Position numbers and translations under genes: made by a program. A stretch of 62,503 nucleotides of DNA, filler included. It is 8 parts of 8 records of this genome, joined end to end, with 100 filler letters (N's around TTAATTAATTAA, not from the genome) between each part and the next. Parts side by side here need not be neighbours in the genome. Positions count along the whole stretch, not along the records: positions 10,859 to 31,662 come from SRR20825010_672; 7 more parts are not named here. One strand, given 5' to 3'. The notes under the pieces were generated by a model. The model was not told where the DNA came from. It searched no databases and saw only the letters and a program-made list of their open reading frames with translations. Shown piece by piece: positions 20,014 to 29,965 of the stretch. Position 1 is the first letter of the stretch, and each line of letters begins with the position of its first letter.

Positions 20014-21495
20014 ATGAAGTTTGAAGAATACCGTCAGTTTGATGCCATTGGCCTTGCCGATCTGGTGGCGCGGGGGGAGGTCACGGCGGCGGAGCTGCTG
20101 GAACTGGCGATTGCCCGTGCCGACGCGGTGAATCCGCAATTGAATGGTTTGATTATTCCGTTGTACGACATGGCGCGAGAACAGGCCACGGGGCCCCTGA
20201 GTGGGCCGCTGGCAGGTGTGCCCATGCTGGTGAAAGATCTGTTTCAGGAAATTGGCGGTGCGCCCAACTATCAGGGTAATAAAGCGCGCAAGGCCAGTGA
20301 TGTTCATGCACAACGAGACTCCACCCTGGTGGCACGCTGGAAGCAGGGCGGACTGGTCCCGTTCGGTCGTACTAATACGCCGGAGTTTGGCGCCAAGGGC
20401 ATTACCGAGCCGGATTCGTTCGGGCCGGCGCGCAACCCCTGGAACCCGGACCATACTCCCGGTGGTTCTTCCGGAGGCTCGGCAGCCATGGTCGCAGCCG
20501 GTGTGGTCCCCGTGGCTGGCGCCAACGATGGTGGCGGCAGTATTCGAATTCCCGCTGCCTGTTGCGGCCTGTTCGGCCTCAAGCCGGGCCGTGGGCGCAC
20601 CCCCTGGGGGCCGGAATTTACTGAGGCCATGCACGGGATAGCGGTCAATCATGTGCTGACCCGTAGCGTCCGAGACAGCGCATTACTGCTGGATATTGCC
20701 CAGGGCGACGAGCGCGGCAGCCTGTTTCAGATTGCCCCGCCAAAGCAGGCTTACGCGTTGGCTGCTGCCAGTCGGCCTGGCAAGTTACGCATCGGTTTTT
20801 CCACCCGCTCGCCGCTGGGGACCGATGTGGATCCGGAAGCGATCCGGGCGGTGGAGAAAACCGTGGCGTTGTTGCGGGACCTGGGCCACGAAGTGGTCGA
20901 GGCCGAGCCGCAGATGGACGCCAAACAGATGTGCATGGACTGGCTGTCGGTCTGGTTTGGTCAGTGCGCAGCCGAAGTGGATGAGGTGAAGGCCTTGACC
21001 GGGTGCGGTGATGAGGGCTTCGAGTTGGATACCCTGGCCATTGCCGCTTTTGGTCGTGCCACCCCGGCCCATGAATATGTGAAATGCCAGACCCGCTGGC
21101 AACAGTACATGATTGCCATGGATACCTTTCTGGAGCAGTACGATTTCTGGCTCACTCCTACCCTGGCCATGCCCCCTGCAGGGATCGGTGCCATGGCGAC
21201 GCCGCCATGGCAGCAGACCGCACTGAAAATGTTGCTCAAGGTGGGCGGCGAAAAGCTGTTGATGAAGACCGGCATGATCGAACAGATGGCCATGGAGAAT
21301 TTCAAATATATGCCCTTTACCCAGTTCGCCAACGTGACCGGGGTGCCGGCCATGTCCGTGCCCTTGCATTGGTGCCAGAACGGCCTGCCGTTGGGTTCAC
21401 AATTTGTTGGTGGTCACGGAGATGAGGGCAAGCTGCTGGCGCTGGCGGCACAGTTGGAAGCCGCGGCGCCCTGGTTTGATAAGGTACCAATGTAA
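20014..21495 (+). CDS. Amidase (amidase-signature family)
   Basis: KD, GGSSGGS, DGGGSIRIPA; start trimmed to MKFEEY. Confidence 0.93.
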   Translation: MKFEEYRQFDAIGLADLVARGEVTAAELLELAIARADAVNPQLNGLIIPLYDMAREQATGPLSGPLAGVPMLVKDLFQEIGGAPNYQGNKARKASDVHAQRDSTLVARWKQGGLVPFGRTNTPEFGAKGITEPDSFGPARNPWNPDHTPGGSSGGSAAMVAAGVVPVAGANDGGGSIRIPAACCGLFGLKPGRGRTPWGPEFTEAMHGIAVNHVLTRSVRDSALLLDIAQGDERGSLFQIAPPKQAYALAAASRPGKLRIGFSTRSPLGTDVDPEAIRAVEKTVALLRDLGHEVVEAEPQMDAKQMCMDWLSVWFGQCAAEVDEVKALTGCGDEGFELDTLAIAAFGRATPAHEYVKCQTRWQQYMIAMDTFLEQYDFWLTPTLAMPPAGIGAMATPPWQQTALKMLLKVGGEKLLMKTGMIEQMAMENFKYMPFTQFANVTGVPAMSVPLHWCQNGLPLGSQFVGGHGDEGKLLALAAQLEAAAPWFDKVPM

Positions 21496-21682
21496 TGTCT
21501 TTTCGGGGCGTATCTTAAGGTGCGCCCTCCTTTTCGTGCTTATCCGCAATATCGCGTTCCCGGTTTTTGTCGGGAAAAGAGGCGCCGTATACAAAACATG
21601 CCGTTAAGTTTTCTTTGTGCCGTTGTGATTTCACTACCAGAGCGGGCCTTACAAATCTTACATAATGAATGCCGTTCGCGTT

Positions 21683-21697
21683 TGATAACAATTATCG
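21683..21697. promoter_or_regulatory. Fur box-like 7-1-7 site upstream of the second TonB receptor
   Basis: TGATAAC-A-ATTATCG versus TGATAAT-N-ATTATCA (12/14). Confidence 0.6.
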
Positions 21698-21751
21698 TTT
21701 AATAAATACTCCTTGCCGCTTTGATTTGTGTCGTAACGCAAGGGGTAGAGG

Positions 21752-23989
21752 ATGAAACGGTCTTTTGGGGTGCCAGTTTTAGCTGGGGTAATGGCGAACG
21801 GGTTGATTATGCCGGTGATCGCGGAAGAACAACCGGGCCATGAGCTTGGCGAGGTCAAGGTGATTTCCGCTGCGGGGTACGAGCAGAAAATTACTGATGC
21901 GCCGGCCAGTATTTCGGTGATTTCCCGCGAGCAATTAGAGCAAAAGCGGGTTAGCAGTTTGGCTGAGGCGCTGGATGACGTGGAGGGTATCGACGTTAGA
22001 GGCAACACGGGTAAATCCGGTGGCCTCAACATTAGCATGCGCGGTATGCCCTCGGAATATACGCTGATCCTGATCGATGGCCGCCGTCAGAATACGGCGG
22101 GCAACATCGCCCCCAACGGCTTTGGTGAATTCAATACCAGTTTTATTCCTCCGGTTTCTGCTATTGAACGAATTGAAGTGATTCGTGGCCCCATGTCCAC
22201 ACTGTATGGCTCAGATGCCATGGGTGGGGTGATCAATATCATTACGCGCCGGGTGGGTAAAAAATGGGGCGGCACCATTTCCCAGGATTATACCTTGCAG
22301 GAAGAGGATGAATTTGGCGATTCCGCCAGTACATCTCTCTACTTGAGTGGTCCGCTGGTTGAGGATGCTCTGGGCTTGACGGTTCGCGGCAGTACTTACA
22401 GACGGCGGGGCTCAGAGCTGGAGCCTACTGGCGACGCGGATAGCACAACGGCATCTCTCAACTCTCGAGGCCAGAGCCTGGTGGATGCAAAAGTGCAGAG
22501 CATTGGTGCCCGCCTGGATTTTATTTCTGTTGAAAATCATGATTTTTGGCTGGATGCAGATGTTGCCCAGCAGACATACGACAACGGCTCGCCCTCAAAC
22601 CGTAAATTAAGTAGTAATGACTCGGCGACCAATTGGCGTGGTTACGATGATGAGCTTGAGTTCAAGCGTGAACAGATCGCTATTGGTCATGATGGTGAGC
22701 TGGGGTTTGGTCGGGTGGAATCCAGCTTGATGCGTAATTATACCGAGACGGTAGGCCGTACCATTCCGGGTAATCCAACGGCGCCCTTTGATCCTGTTAC
22801 CGGTGGTAATTCCGGTATCCCGGGAAAAAATGTCATGGATCCCCGTGAGCTTGAAACCACCAATTATGTATTCGATACCAAGCTGATGGCCCCGGTAGGG
22901 GACAATCATTACGCCACGCTGGGTGCGCAATGGTGGAAAGCGGAGATGACCGATGGCATCGCTACGGAAGATTTCGAGCAGACCACCTGGTCCGTTTTTG
23001 CTGAAGACGAATGGCAAATCCTTGAGAGCCTGGCGCTAACCCTGGGCGTTCGTCACGATGACCATGAAGCATTCGGTGGTCATACCAGTCCGCGAGCCTA
23101 TGCGGTTTGGAGTGCGACGCCAAACTGGACGGTGAAAGGCGGTGTCTCTGCAGGATATAAAACCCCAAGGGTGGATCAGCTGCACGATGGGGTTGTGGGC
23201 GTTTCCGGGCAGGGCACGATTCTCACCATTGGTAGCCCCGATCTGGAACCTGAAACCAGCCTGAGCAAAGAAGTAGGGTTGTACTATCAGGGGAGCCAGG
23301 GACTGTCTGCGAACGCTACGGTTTTCCGTAATGATTTTGACGACAAGATTGCGGCTGGTCCTTCCATTCCAAACTGTGAATATCCGACAAACCCGAATTT
23401 ACCCGGTTGCGTCTCCTTTGGTTCCGGTTTCCAGCAGGAAGATTTCGGTCAGTCGATCAACCTGGATGAAGCGATCACGGAAGGTCTGGAATTGGCAGCG
23501 ACCTTCCCGCTAGCGCCGCGCTGGTCGCTAAACATGAACTACACTTATACCGACAGTGAAGTGAAAGAGAATGGGGTAAGCAATGGCAAGCTGGCGGATA
23601 CGCCGCGCCATATGGCCCATGCCAAATTGAACTGGCATAGCACTGATCGCCTGAACCTGTGGCTGAAAGCGGATTACCGCGGTGAGAGCCGTCGCTTTGA
23701 TGGCCGCACCAGTGATCTGACAGGCCAGGATCTGGCGATCTATGAGGCGGTTGGGGATCTTAAAGCGTATGAGCTCTTCAGTTTGGGCGGCAGCTACAAG
23801 ATGAATGACCATCTGACACTGAGTGCTACGGTGGAAAATTTGGCGAACAAGGATTTCCGTAGCTTCAAGGCATATGAATATAGTGGGTCTACAGAGTATG
23901 CCAGCGAATATAGCCACTTCAGCCGCTCGACCAAGGGGGCAGTACTGGAAGGTCGGCGTTTGTGGCTTTCAGCAAATGTGACTTTCTGA
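21752..23989 (+). CDS. TonB-dependent receptor (IrgA/CirA-like)
   Basis: VISAAGYEQKITDAPASISVI, IERIEVIRGPMSTLYGSDAMGGVINIIT, terminal Phe. Confidence 0.93.
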   Translation: MKRSFGVPVLAGVMANGLIMPVIAEEQPGHELGEVKVISAAGYEQKITDAPASISVISREQLEQKRVSSLAEALDDVEGIDVRGNTGKSGGLNISMRGMPSEYTLILIDGRRQNTAGNIAPNGFGEFNTSFIPPVSAIERIEVIRGPMSTLYGSDAMGGVINIITRRVGKKWGGTISQDYTLQEEDEFGDSASTSLYLSGPLVEDALGLTVRGSTYRRRGSELEPTGDADSTTASLNSRGQSLVDAKVQSIGARLDFISVENHDFWLDADVAQQTYDNGSPSNRKLSSNDSATNWRGYDDELEFKREQIAIGHDGELGFGRVESSLMRNYTETVGRTIPGNPTAPFDPVTGGNSGIPGKNVMDPRELETTNYVFDTKLMAPVGDNHYATLGAQWWKAEMTDGIATEDFEQTTWSVFAEDEWQILESLALTLGVRHDDHEAFGGHTSPRAYAVWSATPNWTVKGGVSAGYKTPRVDQLHDGVVGVSGQGTILTIGSPDLEPETSLSKEVGLYYQGSQGLSANATVFRNDFDDKIAAGPSIPNCEYPTNPNLPGCVSFGSGFQQEDFGQSINLDEAITEGLELAATFPLAPRWSLNMNYTYTDSEVKENGVSNGKLADTPRHMAHAKLNWHSTDRLNLWLKADYRGESRRFDGRTSDLTGQDLAIYEAVGDLKAYELFSLGGSYKMNDHLTLSATVENLANKDFRSFKAYEYSGSTEYASEYSHFSRSTKGAVLEGRRLWLSANVTF

Positions 23990-24013
23990 TTATTGGTAAA
24001 TCTTCAGATTGGG

Positions 24014-24044
24014 AAAAAGGCCGCTGTAATCAGCGGCCTTTTTT
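24014..24044. terminator. Bidirectional intrinsic terminator
   Basis: AAAAAGGCCGCTG-TAAT-CAGCGGCCTTTTTT. Confidence 0.9.
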
Positions 24045-24113
24045 ATTTTGCATGTTGGCATAGAGCCGTTGGAATAGAGGCGGCAAGACTTGGAGCTTGC
24101 GGCCGTTAGCGTT

Positions 24114-24147
24114 AACAGCATGGCGGTGTGGCTCGCCATGCTGTTTT
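24114..24147. terminator. Second terminator-like hairpin in the same spacer
   Basis: 12-bp stem AACAGCATGGCG/CGCCATGCTGTT with 8-nt loop. Confidence 0.5.
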
Positions 24148-24201
24148 ACTATCGGGAGAGCGTTTCTGTGATGTGAAAATGCCCACGATGTGGCAACCGC
24201 G

Positions 24202-25119
24202 TTACAGTCTTGCTGCCGCCTGCGCTGCTGGAGAGCGCGCCAGGTAGTCCAGGGCCTGTTGGGTGTCACCTTCATTGATCGGATGAAAGCGTGGTGAAAT
24301 CCAGCGCAGGGTCGCGTTGAACAAAAAGCTGAAGGTGGGCACGTTGTGCGTTTTCTGGCCGACCTGCTGAAGTTGCATCAGCAGTTGAGGGATCAGTTTT
24401 CGTGCTAATTTGCGGGCTTCTTTATCCGGGTCCTGGCCTGCCAGGCTGCGACCGCCTTCAGCGATGAAATAGATGAACAGCGGGAATACCAGAGCCATCA
24501 ATGCCTGGCGGCTGACGTAAAAACCCAGTTGGGTCTTACACAGGTGTTCAAACAGGTCGTAGGCAACAGTGCGGTGTTCTACTTCTTCGGCCAAATGCCA
24601 TTTGAAAAGATCGACCATGGTGGCGTCGCCGTTTTGTTCCCAGCTTTCGTTATCCATGGCCCATTGCCCAAGCACACCGGTGAAGTGTTCGATGGCGGCG
24701 ATGATGCCTACCCGCAATACCAGCCAGTGTTTTTTCAGTGGCTGGCGCTGCAGCAATGTTAAACCGAAAGGTGCGTCCGCCAAGGCAGTCCCAAACAGCC
24801 ATTCCACTTTGCTCAGGAATGGCTCAACGCTCAGGCCGTGGCGTTCCAGGTAGATCTGGGCTTTGCTGTGAGCGCGAGAGTGCACTGCTTCCTGACGAAT
24901 AAATCCTTCTACATCTGCCCGTAGTTGCTCGTCTTTAACGAAAGGCAAAGCCTGGTTGTAGACCCGGCAGAACCACAGTTCACCTTCCGGTAGCAGTAAG
25001 TGAATACCGTTGATGATATGGGTTGAAAACGGATCATCGCGCAGCCAGTGCAGCGGTGTTTCGTCAAAATCGAATTGCACCCGGCGGGCTTTAATTTGAT
25101 GGCGAACAGCGTCATTCAT
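24202..25119 (-). CDS. Predicted metal-dependent hydrolase (ferritin-like ExxH type)
   Basis: PEGE.WF, FIRQEAVH, AIEHFT, WH.AEEVEH. Confidence 0.85.
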   Translation of the reverse strand: MNDAVRHQIKARRVQFDFDETPLHWLRDDPFSTHIINGIHLLLPEGELWFCRVYNQALPFVKDEQLRADVEGFIRQEAVHSRAHSKAQIYLERHGLSVEPFLSKVEWLFGTALADAPFGLTLLQRQPLKKHWLVLRVGIIAAIEHFTGVLGQWAMDNESWEQNGDATMVDLFKWHLAEEVEHRTVAYDLFEHLCKTQLGFYVSRQALMALVFPLFIYFIAEGGRSLAGQDPDKEARKLARKLIPQLLMQLQQVGQKTHNVPTFSFLFNATLRWISPRFHPINEGDTQQALDYLARSPAAQAAARL

Positions 25120-25134
25120 GGTGTCCGATCTCCG

Positions 25135-26877
25135 TCAGGGGGTAAGGTCAATGCGCGCCACGCGGCGTGACAGGGCGGGGGCGAACCGGCTAAGCAGTCG
25201 GGTGCTCCAGGCTTCGGCACCGACCAGTGACAGGGCCGGGTTATTCAGCACGGCTTTGATAATGGCGTCTGCTACATCGTCCGGCGAAAAATTTCTGCGC
25301 TTGTAGAGCGCATCGGCTTTCGCGCGCTTCTCGGCCTGTTCTTCTTCGCTAACCCCCGCATAGACTGTGGCACTGGCAATGCCGGTGGCGACAAAGCCGG
25401 GGCAGATGGCGGTAACACCAATATCGTGTTCGGCCAGTTCTGCACGCAGGCATTCGCTGAGCATGTGCACGGCCGCTTTGCTGGTGGAATAGGCGGCCAG
25501 TTTCCGGTTGGGTGCAAAGGCGGCGGCTGAGGCGACGTTGATGATGTGGCCGTGACGATGACCATCGATCATTTGCTGCGCGAACAAACGTGAGCCGTGA
25601 ATCACGCCCCACAGGTTTACTTTAAGCAGGCGGTCCCATTCCTTGACGCTGGTGTCCAGCACGCCGCCGGCCATACCAATACCGGCGTTATTGATAACGA
25701 TGTCGGCGCCGCCGATTTCTTTGCTCACCCAATTGGCCAGCCGCTGCATAGCCTGGGCCGAGCCCACATCGACTTTACGGGCCCAGGCCGCAGCGCCTAA
25801 TTCCCGTGCTTGGGCGGCAGTGTCTTCGGCACTGTCTTCATCGATGTCTACACAGACCAGGTCTGCGCCTTCGGCGGCAAAACGCAGGGCGGCGGCGCGG
25901 CCGATACCGGAGCCGGCACCGGTGATCACCGCTGTCTTACCATTCAGGGGCAGTCCACTGCGCGCCGGGCGTACACGGGCGTGTTGCAGGGCGCCGCTCA
26001 TGGTGCCTTTCTCTACACCGCTGACAAATTCGTCGATCCAGCTGGCGATTTTTTCCGGATGGCTCAGTGGTACCCAGTGGTTGGCATTGATATCCCGGCG
26101 ATACAGTTCGTCCACCCACTGATGCAGGTTCTCGAATAGCTGCGTGCCGACATAATTATCGCGGGTCGGCACGATCAGTTGTACCGGGCAGCCCGCGTAG
26201 CGTTTTTCCGGATTGATCAGCTTGTGTCTGAAGTTGGCGCGATACAGTTGCACGCCAAATTTGCCGTCTTTGCCCTGGGTGGGGTTGGCTTCCGGTTCGC
26301 TGACGCTCTCACGGCGTTTCAGGTACTGCGGCCAGAGTTTGTCCAGGCCGCCTTGCCAGGCACTGGGGGCCAACACAGGCAGGTGAAAGAAGCCGATGTA
26401 CCAGGAGCTGAGCGCCTGCTTGAAGACTTTCGCCTTGGCGGAAGCAGACAGATTCAGGGTGTGCTCGCGCATCCAGTGCCCCATGTGATCCAGGCAGGGG
26501 CCAGAAATAGTGGTGTAAGACAGGATGCGGGATTTCAGCGGTTCGCTGGTGACTGACTCCCAGCTTTGAATGGAGCCCCAATCATGGCCGACCAGGTGAA
26601 AACCTCGCTCAGGAATAAGAGTGTCCACCACGGCCTGAAGATCTGCGGACAGCAGGTGCATGCGGTAGGCCGATTGCGCCTTCGGTGCTTCGGAGGCGCC
26701 AGCGCCACGCACGTCATAGCGGATAACGAAGTACTTTTTTGCCAGCTGCTCGGCCACGGGTTGCCAAACGCTGTGGTTATCCGGGTAGCCATGCACCAGT
26801 ACCACGGGGACTTTTTTCGGGTCACCGAGGGTGTAGGCCTTGAGAGAAACCCCATGGCTGTGAACGGTGGTGGTCAT
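25135..26877 (-). CDS. Alpha/beta-hydrolase plus short-chain dehydrogenase fusion (EphD-like)
   Basis: HGYPD and GHDWGS in the N-domain; TGAGSGIG, NNAG, YSTSK in the C-domain. Confidence 0.9.
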   Translation of the reverse strand: MTTTVHSHGVSLKAYTLGDPKKVPVVLVHGYPDNHSVWQPVAEQLAKKYFVIRYDVRGAGASEAPKAQSAYRMHLLSADLQAVVDTLIPERGFHLVGHDWGSIQSWESVTSEPLKSRILSYTTISGPCLDHMGHWMREHTLNLSASAKAKVFKQALSSWYIGFFHLPVLAPSAWQGGLDKLWPQYLKRRESVSEPEANPTQGKDGKFGVQLYRANFRHKLINPEKRYAGCPVQLIVPTRDNYVGTQLFENLHQWVDELYRRDINANHWVPLSHPEKIASWIDEFVSGVEKGTMSGALQHARVRPARSGLPLNGKTAVITGAGSGIGRAAALRFAAEGADLVCVDIDEDSAEDTAAQARELGAAAWARKVDVGSAQAMQRLANWVSKEIGGADIVINNAGIGMAGGVLDTSVKEWDRLLKVNLWGVIHGSRLFAQQMIDGHRHGHIINVASAAAFAPNRKLAAYSTSKAAVHMLSECLRAELAEHDIGVTAICPGFVATGIASATVYAGVSEEEQAEKRAKADALYKRRNFSPDDVADAIIKAVLNNPALSLVGAEAWSTRLLSRFAPALSRRVARIDLTP

Positions 26878-27053
26878 ATTGGCTCCTGAAACATGGCGAC
26901 GGGCATCTGGACGACGTCAAGTTTTGAATGTATCAGTGCTCAATGTAACGGTCAATGTGCAGATTGTGGCACGAAATACCGGGGGGTCAGTCCCGCCGGT
27001 CAAGGAAAGCATTCGGAGCGAGGGCGCTGCAGAAGGGGAGGGGGGAACGAGAA

Positions 27054-27075
27054 ACGGCGGCCCGAAGGCCGCCGT
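27054..27075 (-). terminator. Terminator-like hairpin after the OB-fold gene
   Basis: ACGGCGGCC-CGAA-GGCCGCCGT, short T run on the minus strand. Confidence 0.6.
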
Positions 27076-27103
27076 CAACAAGGTCGGAGCGGGGATCAGC
27101 GAA

Positions 27104-27472
27104 TTAGTTGCTGATCGTTGCGCTCGGGCTGTTAGTGGTGACGCTGCCTTTTACGGAGTGCACTTCTTTCACGTCCACTACGCTGCGACCGTCGTCGTGG
27201 TCCACTTCACCGGTAAAGGAGAGCTGGGTACCGGCTTTCAGCGGACGGTCAGCTGTCAGATCTTCGTCGAGCTCAATTTCGAACTGCCCTTTCGTGTCAC
27301 GGAGCAGATAACGCTCGTCGCCCAGTGCCTGAACGACTTCACCGTCCATGCGCACTTCAGTGCCTTCCTTGATGCCCTGAGTGATGGCGGCGCTGTCGGT
27401 GGTAATGGTGTCGCCTGCGGTAACGGTGGCGGTGGCGCCGAGCAGTACAGATGCAAGAATCAATTTTTTCAT
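27104..27472 (-). CDS. Periplasmic bacterial OB-fold stress protein (YgiW/YdeI-like)
   Basis: Signal peptide, G.VV..LGDERY..RD.KG...IE.D, GEVD. Confidence 0.8.
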   Translation of the reverse strand: MKKLILASVLLGATATVTAGDTITTDSAAITQGIKEGTEVRMDGEVVQALGDERYLLRDTKGQFEIELDEDLTADRPLKAGTQLSFTGEVDHDDGRSVVDVKEVHSVKGSVTTNSPSATISN

Positions 27473-27644
27473 GAGTCATCCTCCTTGGTTGATGTCTCAG
27501 GAGGTTAGTGGGGCGATGGGGGCGGGTCGTTCCTGATGTTTGTAAAAGCTCGGTTAAAGCCGGGCAAAAGCGGTGTTTTTTGCGATCTGTCTCACAGGTT
27601 CAGCACAGAGAATCGGTACGAGGGCACCCATGGATAGGCGCCTA

Positions 27645-28610
27645 TCAGGGATGGCTATTGAAGGTGTTCCAGAACAGGCAGGGCTGGGCGGCGGTTTTTT
27701 CCAGATCGAGGAAGGCCGCAAATGCCTTGCCGGTATAGGTATTTTCCAGGCGCAGGCCACTGCGTGCGGCAGCATTCACGGCCTGGGTACTGGCGGCAGT
27801 GGAGTGGCCGTAACCGGTGCCCAGGTAATCGTCATGCCATTGCAGGAAGCCGGTATCGAATTGTTCCCAGGGCAGCCCCAGTTGTTGCCAGCATTGCCGG
27901 GCCATGCGAATGACCAGCCGGGCATTGCAGACCGAGAACGGGCCGAGATGATCCTGGGCTACCTGCACGGCATGAATGCGGGCATTGAGGCCGCTGAGCT
28001 GGTTGCCCACCAGCAGCCCGGCCACGGTGGCGCCGGACCCGGCGGCGACCACGATGTCGGCGGGGGCCGGGCAGAAGCTGTCGTTGATTTGCTGCTTGAG
28101 TTCCAGCATGGCGTTGGCATAGCCAAGGGTGGCCACCGGGTTGGAGCAGCCTGCATAGAGGAAGTAGTGGTCGCGGCGCAGCCGCCCCGGGTGCAGGTAC
28201 CAGCCCAGGGCGGCCCGTAGCAGGCTGTTGCGGTCGTGCAGCTGGGCGCCGGCCTGTTGCATGCGCTGGCGGTTGTGCTGTACCACCGGAGAATCCGGTT
28301 GAGGGAAGGTGAAGATGTCACAGTTCAGCTGTTCTTGCTGACATAGCAGCGCGGTGGCCAGGCCCGCGTTGGTACCGGTGGCGCCCAGGGTCACAACATT
28401 CTTTATCGACCGTTGCCGGATTTCGCCCAACACCCACTCCAGTTTGCGCAGTTTGTTGCCGCCGTAAGGGTGGGCGCTGATGTCATCACGTTTGACCCAG
28501 CTCAGGGGGCTCTGCCCGGGAAGCGGCTCCACCGGTGTGGGCAGGTCGCACAGTGCAACGGGGGCCAGGCTGGCGAGATGGGGGAACTGGGTGAGTAGCG
28601 GCCAGCGCAT
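27645..28610 (-). CDS. PLP enzyme, ACC deaminase / D-cysteine desulfhydrase family
   Basis: PTPV, VKRDD....YGGNKLRKLE, GSGAT.AGL, LENTYTGKA; ATG overlaps upstream stop (TGATG). Confidence 0.85.
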   Translation of the reverse strand: MRWPLLTQFPHLASLAPVALCDLPTPVEPLPGQSPLSWVKRDDISAHPYGGNKLRKLEWVLGEIRQRSIKNVVTLGATGTNAGLATALLCQQEQLNCDIFTFPQPDSPVVQHNRQRMQQAGAQLHDRNSLLRAALGWYLHPGRLRRDHYFLYAGCSNPVATLGYANAMLELKQQINDSFCPAPADIVVAAGSGATVAGLLVGNQLSGLNARIHAVQVAQDHLGPFSVCNARLVIRMARQCWQQLGLPWEQFDTGFLQWHDDYLGTGYGHSTAASTQAVNAAARSGLRLENTYTGKAFAAFLDLEKTAAQPCLFWNTFNSHP

Positions 28611-29890
28611 CAGGCGCCGTTGCCCTGGGGTAGCGGCGGCCACCAATCGACAAGGGCGCGGTTGTCCCATACCGCCAGGTCACCAAACTGCAGCAACACG
28701 AATTCACTCTGCGTCGGCCGGAAGAACAGTTGGTCGTCTACCTGCAGGGCGGTGTCCGGGCTGCCGTTGTACATCATTTGGTTGGTGCTCACGCCGTACA
28801 CGGGGTTGGCTTGAATCCCCGGCGGGGACACCGGCTCGGCTTTCCAGTAACCGCCGTAGATAAAGTAGGTGCGTCGGCGGTTGCTGTCCCAGCCTTGCCA
28901 GAGTTCGCCTAGCGGTAACGGCCCGGGCAAAGCCAGGCCATCCAGCTGCTTGAGCACCGGGGCGGCAATAAAGGCAGCGGGCTGGAAGTCTTCCAGTAGC
29001 GGCAGGTCGAAGTCGCTGGCCTTGACCAGGCAGGAGCCGGCACTGAGTTCGTTAACCACGGTGGTGTCGTCGTAGAGTGCTACCGTGGGGCTGCCGGCGC
29101 CGTTAAAGCACAATGTTTGTTGCTGGTAGGCAGGGTTCAGTTGATACAGCCTGTCGATATAGCGCTGGTAGAGGGCTTCGGTTTCCCGGTGGCCCTCTTC
29201 TGCACTCTGGATAAAACCGGGCAATTTCCCCACGTGGGCATCGTAGCCCATGAAACCACTGAAGCGCAGGTGATCAGGGTGAGCCTCAATCAGCGCGATG
29301 ATGTCGTCCAGTTGCTGCGGGTCGGTGAGCCCGCCCCGGTGCAGGCCGACATCGATTTCAATATTGATATTGAGTTGCCGGTTTTGCTCGCGGGCCAGGG
29401 TCAGGTATTGCTCAAGGCGAGCGAGCGAATCAATCAGCCACTGCAGTTGTTGATCAGGTTTGAAAGGGTGTGTCTCGCCCAGCTCGGTATAGAAACGACG
29501 GGCCGCCTGGATGGGCATGGGTTTGCCCAGCAGCAAGTCCACGCCGGGCTCGGCATCGACCAGGGCATTCATGAACGGTTGGTGGAAGACCATCACCCGT
29601 TGGCTGCCGGTGTGGGTCATGACTTCCTGGATCAGCGGTACGCTGGGCAGGGATTTTGCCACGATGCGTAGTTGGCAGTGACTGGGCAGCATCCCTGTCA
29701 GGGTCCGGCAGTTGCCAATCAGACGCTGGCGGTCGATGAGCATCAGCGGCCGACCGGGGCCGTGTTGCTTCAGGGTATCGTTCAGCGACTGGAAGTAAGC
29801 ATTATGGGCCGCACCACGATTGTCCGGTCGCAGCCACCAGCCACCCACGGCAAGCGCGGCTGCGCCGAAGAGAAAATGACGTCGTTTCAT
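28610..29890 (-). CDS. Tat-signal DSD1 / alanine-racemase-like PLP enzyme (SphD-like)
   Basis: MKRRHFL twin-arginine signal, RIVAKSLPS, EIDVGLHRGG, GFMGYDAH, RPTQSE. Confidence 0.82.
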   Translation of the reverse strand: MKRRHFLFGAAALAVGGWWLRPDNRGAAHNAYFQSLNDTLKQHGPGRPLMLIDRQRLIGNCRTLTGMLPSHCQLRIVAKSLPSVPLIQEVMTHTGSQRVMVFHQPFMNALVDAEPGVDLLLGKPMPIQAARRFYTELGETHPFKPDQQLQWLIDSLARLEQYLTLAREQNRQLNINIEIDVGLHRGGLTDPQQLDDIIALIEAHPDHLRFSGFMGYDAHVGKLPGFIQSAEEGHRETEALYQRYIDRLYQLNPAYQQQTLCFNGAGSPTVALYDDTTVVNELSAGSCLVKASDFDLPLLEDFQPAAFIAAPVLKQLDGLALPGPLPLGELWQGWDSNRRRTYFIYGGYWKAEPVSPPGIQANPVYGVSTNQMMYNGSPDTALQVDDQLFFRPTQSEFVLLQFGDLAVWDNRALVDWWPPLPQGNGA

Positions 29891-29965
29891 AAGCGATAAC
29901 CGATCAAGCGTGTGTCTGCCGCAAAGGCTCGGGATGATGCCTCCCCGGCACGGTCGACTCTCACC

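Noticed and set aside
25135-26877. Novel hydrolase-dehydrogenase fusion
   Set aside because: This is the known EphD-like architecture.
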